A stretch of DNA of 64,000 nt, from assembly GCA_049903315.1 (NCBI GenBank), contig JBNGBT010000007.1, positions 360-64,359 on the forward strand, written 5' to 3'. Positions within the stretch are counted from its first letter, which is position 1, and each line of letters begins with the position of its first letter. Made by a program: the position numbers and the translations under genes. Under the pieces are notes generated by a model that saw nothing but the letters and a program-made list of their open reading frames with translations, was not told where the DNA came from and did not search any database. The stretch is from Candidatus Cloacimonadota bacterium. Its GTDB lineage: Bacteria > Cloacimonadota > Cloacimonadia > JGIOTU-2. Shown piece after piece: positions 59,226 to 64,000 of this stretch.

Positions 59226-60521
59226 ATGATTTCACGATATACATTACCGGAAATGACTCAATTGTGGAGTCTTGAAAACAAGTTTCAAACCTGGCTGAAT
59301 GTCGAGATCGCAGCTGCTGAAGCCATGAACAAACTGGGATTAGTTCCCGAAACTGATCTGAAAAACATTCAACAGAAAGCACGGTTCAAGGTTTCTGAAA
59401 TTAACGAAATTGAGAATGAAGTTCATCATGATGTCATTGCCTTTCTGACAAATGTGGCTGAGTATGTAGGTCCTTCCGCACGCTATATTCATCTTGGCAT
59501 GACATCTTCAGACGTAATCGATACAGCAAATTCACTCTTGATGAAACAAGCAGGAGAAATAATACTGGCCTCAATCAAATCTTGTATGAATGTGCTCAAA
59601 CAGAGCGCTTATAAGTATAAAGATACCCTCTGCATAGGGCGTTCACACGGCATCCATGCTGAGCCAACAACTTTCGGACTGAAATTTGCACTGTGGTATG
59701 ATGAAATGCACAGAAATCTGATTCGCTGGGAAAGAGCAATTGAAACAATTTCAGTTGGGCAAATTTCGGGTGCTGTTGGTAATTATGCCCACCTTTCTAT
59801 GGAAGTGGAAACGTATGTATGTAAAAAACTTGGACTGAAACCGGTAAATATTTCCACACAAGTCATACAAAGAGACCGTTATTCTGAATATTTGTCATCT
59901 ATAGCAATCATAGGAAGCACACTCGAGAAGATCGCACTTGAAATACGGCATCTCCAGCGTACTGAGGTGCATGAAGTAGAGGAAAATTTCTCAAAAGGAC
60001 AAAAAGGTTCTTCTGCAATGCCGCATAAGAAAAATCCGATAATTGCTGAACGTATCTGCGGTCTTGCACGTATTCTGCGAAGTAATGCAATGACGGCTTT
60101 CGAGAATAATGCACTCTGGCATGAACGTGATATCAGCCATTCCTCTGCTGAAAGAATAATAATTCCTGACTCAACTTCGCTGATTCATTACTTACTATTT
60201 AAAACAATTGCGCTTATTGAAAATCTTGTAGTGTTTCCCGAAAAGATGGCTGAAAATATAGAACTCACACATGGATTGATTTATAGTCAGTCGGTGCTCC
60301 TTGCACTTGCTCAAAAAGGTATCTCGCGAGAAAAAGCTTATGAAATCGTGCAGAAAGCTGCAATGGAATGCTGGAAGACAAATGAAGATTTTAAAGATAT
60401 TTTGATGAGAAATAATGAATTTAACTCCTCTATGAGCAAAGATGAGATTAACTCAATATTCAGTATGGATAAATTTTCCGATAATGTCGATGCGATATTT
60501 TCCAGAGTATTTGATATGTAG
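59226..60521 (+). CDS. purB: Adenylosuccinate lyase
   Basis: HHDVIAF, GRSHGIHAEPTTFG, GSSAMPHKKNP. Confidence 0.97.
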   Translation: MISRYTLPEMTQLWSLENKFQTWLNVEIAAAEAMNKLGLVPETDLKNIQQKARFKVSEINEIENEVHHDVIAFLTNVAEYVGPSARYIHLGMTSSDVIDTANSLLMKQAGEIILASIKSCMNVLKQSAYKYKDTLCIGRSHGIHAEPTTFGLKFALWYDEMHRNLIRWERAIETISVGQISGAVGNYAHLSMEVETYVCKKLGLKPVNISTQVIQRDRYSEYLSSIAIIGSTLEKIALEIRHLQRTEVHEVEENFSKGQKGSSAMPHKKNPIIAERICGLARILRSNAMTAFENNALWHERDISHSSAERIIIPDSTSLIHYLLFKTIALIENLVVFPEKMAENIELTHGLIYSQSVLLALAQKGISREKAYEIVQKAAMECWKTNEDFKDILMRNNEFNSSMSKDEINSIFSMDKFSDNVDAIFSRVFDM

Positions 60522-60654
60522 GAGAAATATTATGAATTATGAAATAAATAAAAAATTAATAAATCCAATTTTCCGAGATTTTCGCCTGCCTCGGCGTAAT
60601 GCAATGGAGACGGGTGTTTTTCGTGGTTAAATTTATTAATATGTAGGAGTAAAT

Positions 60655-60903
60655 GTGCGAAAAGCAACCATATATGTCACACTAAAACCGGAAGTGCTCG
60701 ATCCGCAGGGTAAGGTTATTATGAATGCCCTGCATACACTTGGATATAATAATGTTACTGAAGTTCGTGCAAGTAAAATGTTCGAATTGACAGTAAAAAC
60801 TAAAAAAGGTGCTGACATCGCAAAAGAAATTGATGAGATCTGCGATAAAGTCCTGGCAAATCCAAATATTGAGACTTATCGATACGATATACATGACGAA
60901 TAA
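60655..60903 (+). CDS. purS: FGAM synthase subunit PurS
   Basis: VTLKPEVLDPQG, LANPNIETY. Confidence 0.95.
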   Translation: MRKATIYVTLKPEVLDPQGKVIMNALHTLGYNNVTEVRASKMFELTVKTKKGADIAKEIDEICDKVLANPNIETYRYDIHDE

Positions 60904-60940
60904 TGTAACTCAATCGAAATCGGCAATTTAGAGTTAAAAT

Positions 60941-61633
60941 ATGAAGTATAATATAATTATTTTCCCCGGCTCAAACTGCGACTATGATGCATATTTTGTG
61001 ACGAAAAATCTTATGAGCGATGAAGTGGAATATGTCTGGCATAAGAACACAGCCCTCAAAAATCCGGACTGCATAATCATACCCGGTGGATTTTCTTATG
61101 GAGATTATCTTCGCGCCGGTGCCATTGCAAAGTTCAGTCCTATTATGAAAGAAGTTATATCCTTTGCAAAAAAAGGTGGTTTGGTTATCGGTATTTGTAA
61201 TGGATTCCAAGTTTTAACAGAGACGCAACTACTACCGGGAGCACTCCTACAAAACAAATCACTTCTTTTTATTTGTAAACATCAATTTGTACAAGTAATG
61301 AATACCTCAACACCTTTTACGAATGCAATGAAAGTAGATACCATTCTGGATATTCCCATTGCTCATAATGAAGGAAATTATTTTATTGATCCAGACGGGC
61401 TGAAATCATTGCAGGATAACCAGCAAATCGTGTTCCAGTACTGCAACAAAAAAGGTGATGTAAATGATACTTCAAATCCCAATGGTTCTCTTCTTAATAT
61501 TGCAGGCATAGTGAATAGGAAAGGCAATGTCCTCGGTATGATGCCGCATCCCGAACGCACCTCCGATCCGATTTGCGGTGTTACAGATGGTCAGCAGATT
61601 TTCCTCTCTATTAAGAAATTTATTGAGAAATGA
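60941..61633 (+). CDS. purQ: FGAM synthase subunit PurQ
   Basis: FPGSNCD, PGGFSYGDYLR, GICNGFQ, GMMPHPER. Confidence 0.97.
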   Translation: MKYNIIIFPGSNCDYDAYFVTKNLMSDEVEYVWHKNTALKNPDCIIIPGGFSYGDYLRAGAIAKFSPIMKEVISFAKKGGLVIGICNGFQVLTETQLLPGALLQNKSLLFICKHQFVQVMNTSTPFTNAMKVDTILDIPIAHNEGNYFIDPDGLKSLQDNQQIVFQYCNKKGDVNDTSNPNGSLLNIAGIVNRKGNVLGMMPHPERTSDPICGVTDGQQIFLSIKKFIEK

Positions 61634-62325
61634 ACATACTGAACTCTCTATCCAATCTTTTCTTTCCCAATCAATGTTTTTCCTGTAATAAACGAATCGA
61701 GAATTCATCTTTGCTCTGCGAACAATGCCTGGAAGATCTCATTCAGATGCCAAATAACACATGCACTTTCTGTAATAATGATACAATACATAGTCTCATT
61801 TGCGAAGAATGCAAAAAGGAATATCCTTTTGATGAAGTGGTGTGTGCGTATACATTTAACCTGCCTATCCAACGAATGATACATCATTTCAAATATAATG
61901 AATTCAAAAAGATTGGAGCGTATCTTGGAGCTGAGCTTGCCGAACTTATTTCATCTTATTCATTCATAACTGAGACGGATTATATCATCCCTGTTCCACT
62001 TCATAAAACAAAGAGAAGATTCCGCGGATTCAATCAAGCTGAAATAATAGCAAAAGCATTATCTGTGAAATTGGATATCCCTATTTTAAAAAATGTGCTG
62101 AGTAGAAAAAAATTTACACAAACACAAACACAATTAAAAAAACATGAACGTGAGAAAAATGTTGCGAACGCATTTCATGTAAAAAATATTGGCACTATTA
62201 AAAATAAATCTCTTTTATTAGTTGACGATGTTTTGACAACTGGATCAACTATGAAATCAATCGCACTTTTATTAAAGAAAAATTTTGCGAAGCATATTTA
62301 CGTATGCACATTAGCGAGAGCGTAA
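61630..62325 (+). CDS. comF: ComF family protein
   Basis: Double zinc ribbon CxxC; IPVPLH...RGFNQA; LLVDDVLTTGST. Confidence 0.92.
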   Translation: MNILNSLSNLFFPNQCFSCNKRIENSSLLCEQCLEDLIQMPNNTCTFCNNDTIHSLICEECKKEYPFDEVVCAYTFNLPIQRMIHHFKYNEFKKIGAYLGAELAELISSYSFITETDYIIPVPLHKTKRRFRGFNQAEIIAKALSVKLDIPILKNVLSRKKFTQTQTQLKKHEREKNVANAFHVKNIGTIKNKSLLLVDDVLTTGSTMKSIALLLKKNFAKHIYVCTLARA

Positions 62326-62328
62326 AGC

Positions 62329-62691
62329 ATGGCAGATGTTATAGTAGAAGTTTCAAAAGATGATGCCCATGAATTAATGGACAGAACGGCAAAATTCATT
62401 GCTGAAAGACGCATGGGTTCTGCTGCGATTTTATTAATAGAATCACTAAAGCCGTTGAATTTTATTGCGAGCCAGATCCTCTATATGATCGCTCCTTTTG
62501 CAGAGCTCATATTTAAGCCGGAAGAATATCAAAAATTTGCATGTTCCCTTGAAAATAGAGATAATGTAAAATATCTTATCAATAAGATTGACGAAGAGGA
62601 TGCAAATTTCCATAGAGAGTTGAAAGCTGAAAAGAAAAAAGCAAAAGAATTGAAAAAGAAGAAAAAATTATTAAAAAATAAAGTGAAATAA
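62329..62691 (+). CDS. Uncharacterised small protein preceding the GlmL-like gene
   Basis: A.FIAERRM...AILLIESLKPLNFIASQ; 12-nt gap to the next gene. Confidence 0.65.
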   Translation: MADVIVEVSKDDAHELMDRTAKFIAERRMGSAAILLIESLKPLNFIASQILYMIAPFAELIFKPEEYQKFACSLENRDNVKYLINKIDEEDANFHRELKAEKKKAKELKKKKKLLKNKVK

Positions 62692-62703
62692 ATCGGAGGA
62701 AAT

Positions 62704-64000
62704 ATGGCAAAAGAGCTACGTTCAATATTGGCTACCGACTGTGGTAGCACAACAACGAAAGCCATATTAATTAAGAAAATCGATGATGTATATCGTTTGA
62801 TCGTACGAGGTGAAGCACCAACAACAGTGGAAGCTCCCTTTGATGATGTGACAAAAGGTGTTCTGAATGCGGTCGAAGAAGTTCAGGACCTCGTTCATAT
62901 TCGAGGAGAAAAAGATAGGTCTATCATCAAAGATGAAACAATAGAAGTACCTCAGGATGGCGATAAAGGTGTTGATGCATATGTGTCTACGAGCAGCGCC
63001 GGTGGGGGACTTCAAATGATGGTTGCCGGCGTCGTAAAAAGCATGACTGGTGAAAGTGCAGAACGTGCAGCACTCGGTGCAGGAGCTATTGTTATGGATG
63101 TGCTTGCAAGCAATGACAAGCGCCTTCCTCACCAAAGGATCGAAAGAATACGGCATCTGCGTCCCGATATGATACTTCTGTCAGGAGGTATCGATGGGGG
63201 AACGACCAAGCATGTGGTCGAACTCGCAGAGATTATTGCTGCTGCAGATCCCAAACCCCGTCTTGGATCAGAATACAAATTACCAGTCATCTATGCGGGA
63301 AACAAGGACGCTCGTGATGCAGTGAAAGAGACACTGGGGAGCAAGGTCGATCTTATCATAACAGATAATATCCGACCTGTGCTTGAAAGAGAAAATCTCG
63401 GACCTGCGCGTGATAAAATACACGATCTTTTTATGGAGCATGTGATGGCTCAAGCGCCAGGATACAAAAAGCTTATGGCTTGGGCGAGGGCAGAAACAGA
63501 AAACGGAAAAATCGAAGAAGTGCCTATCATGCCTACACCTGGAGCTGTCGGAAACATCATGCAGACAATTGCGCGGCTGGAAAACATCGAGGTCGTGGGT
63601 GTGGATATCGGCGGAGCTACAACTGATGTCTTTTCGGTGTTCTCTGAGGATAAAGTATTCAACAGAACAGTAAGTGCAAACCTGGGAATGAGTTATAGTA
63701 TTTCAAACGTGCTCGCTTCGACAGGTATAAAAAATATTTTACGCTGGGTGCCTTTCGATATTCCGGAAACTCAACTGCGTAATATGATCAAAAATAAAAT
63801 GATCAGGCCTACCACGATTCCTTTCCTTGCAGAAGAACTTATGCTGGAACAGGCAATCGCAAAAGAAGCGCTTCGTCTTGCTTTTGAACAGCATAAAGAA
63901 TTTGCCGTTACTCTGAAAGGCACACAGAGAGAAAGAGAAATTTCTGAAGCATTCTCGCAATCAACATCAGGTGAAACAATTGTAAATATGATGACTCTTG
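62704..64000 (+). CDS. GlmL/MutL-like ASKHA ATPase (3'-truncated by the window end; absent from the ORF track)
   Basis: GGAGG RBS; MAKELRSILATDCGSTTTKAILIKK...TSSAGGGLQM...LSGGIDGG...VDIGGATTDVFS...RTVSANLGMSYS; paralog of 14851..17757. Confidence 0.85.
   Translation, partial: MAKELRSILATDCGSTTTKAILIKKIDDVYRLIVRGEAPTTVEAPFDDVTKGVLNAVEEVQDLVHIRGEKDRSIIKDETIEVPQDGDKGVDAYVSTSSAGGGLQMMVAGVVKSMTGESAERAALGAGAIVMDVLASNDKRLPHQRIERIRHLRPDMILLSGGIDGGTTKHVVELAEIIAAADPKPRLGSEYKLPVIYAGNKDARDAVKETLGSKVDLIITDNIRPVLERENLGPARDKIHDLFMEHVMAQAPGYKKLMAWARAETENGKIEEVPIMPTPGAVGNIMQTIARLENIEVVGVDIGGATTDVFSVFSEDKVFNRTVSANLGMSYSISNVLASTGIKNILRWVPFDIPETQLRNMIKNKMIRPTTIPFLAEELMLEQAIAKEALRLAFEQHKEFAVTLKGTQREREISEAFSQSTSGETIVNMMTL

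Overview
This is an AT-rich, gene-dense bacterial chromosome segment. It probably comes from an anaerobic FCB-group lineage such as Cloacimonadota, inferred from the many secreted proteins with FlgD-Ig/T9SS-like C-terminal domains (CTDs), a PorU-like C25 protease and split methylmalonyl-CoA mutase genes. Housekeeping content includes obgE, dprA, an orphan groES with a CIRCE box, four tRNAs, nadK, rpsT, tnaA, leuCD-like genes, apbE, folE2, corA, purL/lgt/purB/purS/purQ and comF. The main points of interest are: (1) an uncharacterised system spread over three loci, made of two GlmL/MutL-like ASKHA ATPases without glutamate mutase and a four-gene DUF6754-type membrane operon; (2) a secreted beta-helix gene with one in-frame TGA after a Cys and a downstream hairpin, a candidate selenoprotein; (3) an integrase-less integron-type cassette with non-canonical ATT crossover sites; (4) a four-helix-bundle element in 7-nt periodic repeats, seen as intact, internally deleted and empty copies; (5) 8/9-nt periodic repeats and REP-like palindromes inserted in frame in CTD loops and in a RAYT, or nested in each other; (6) a poly-C/polyproline leader ORF upstream of surface-protein genes. 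All family assignments come from motif recognition by eye; no database search was run.
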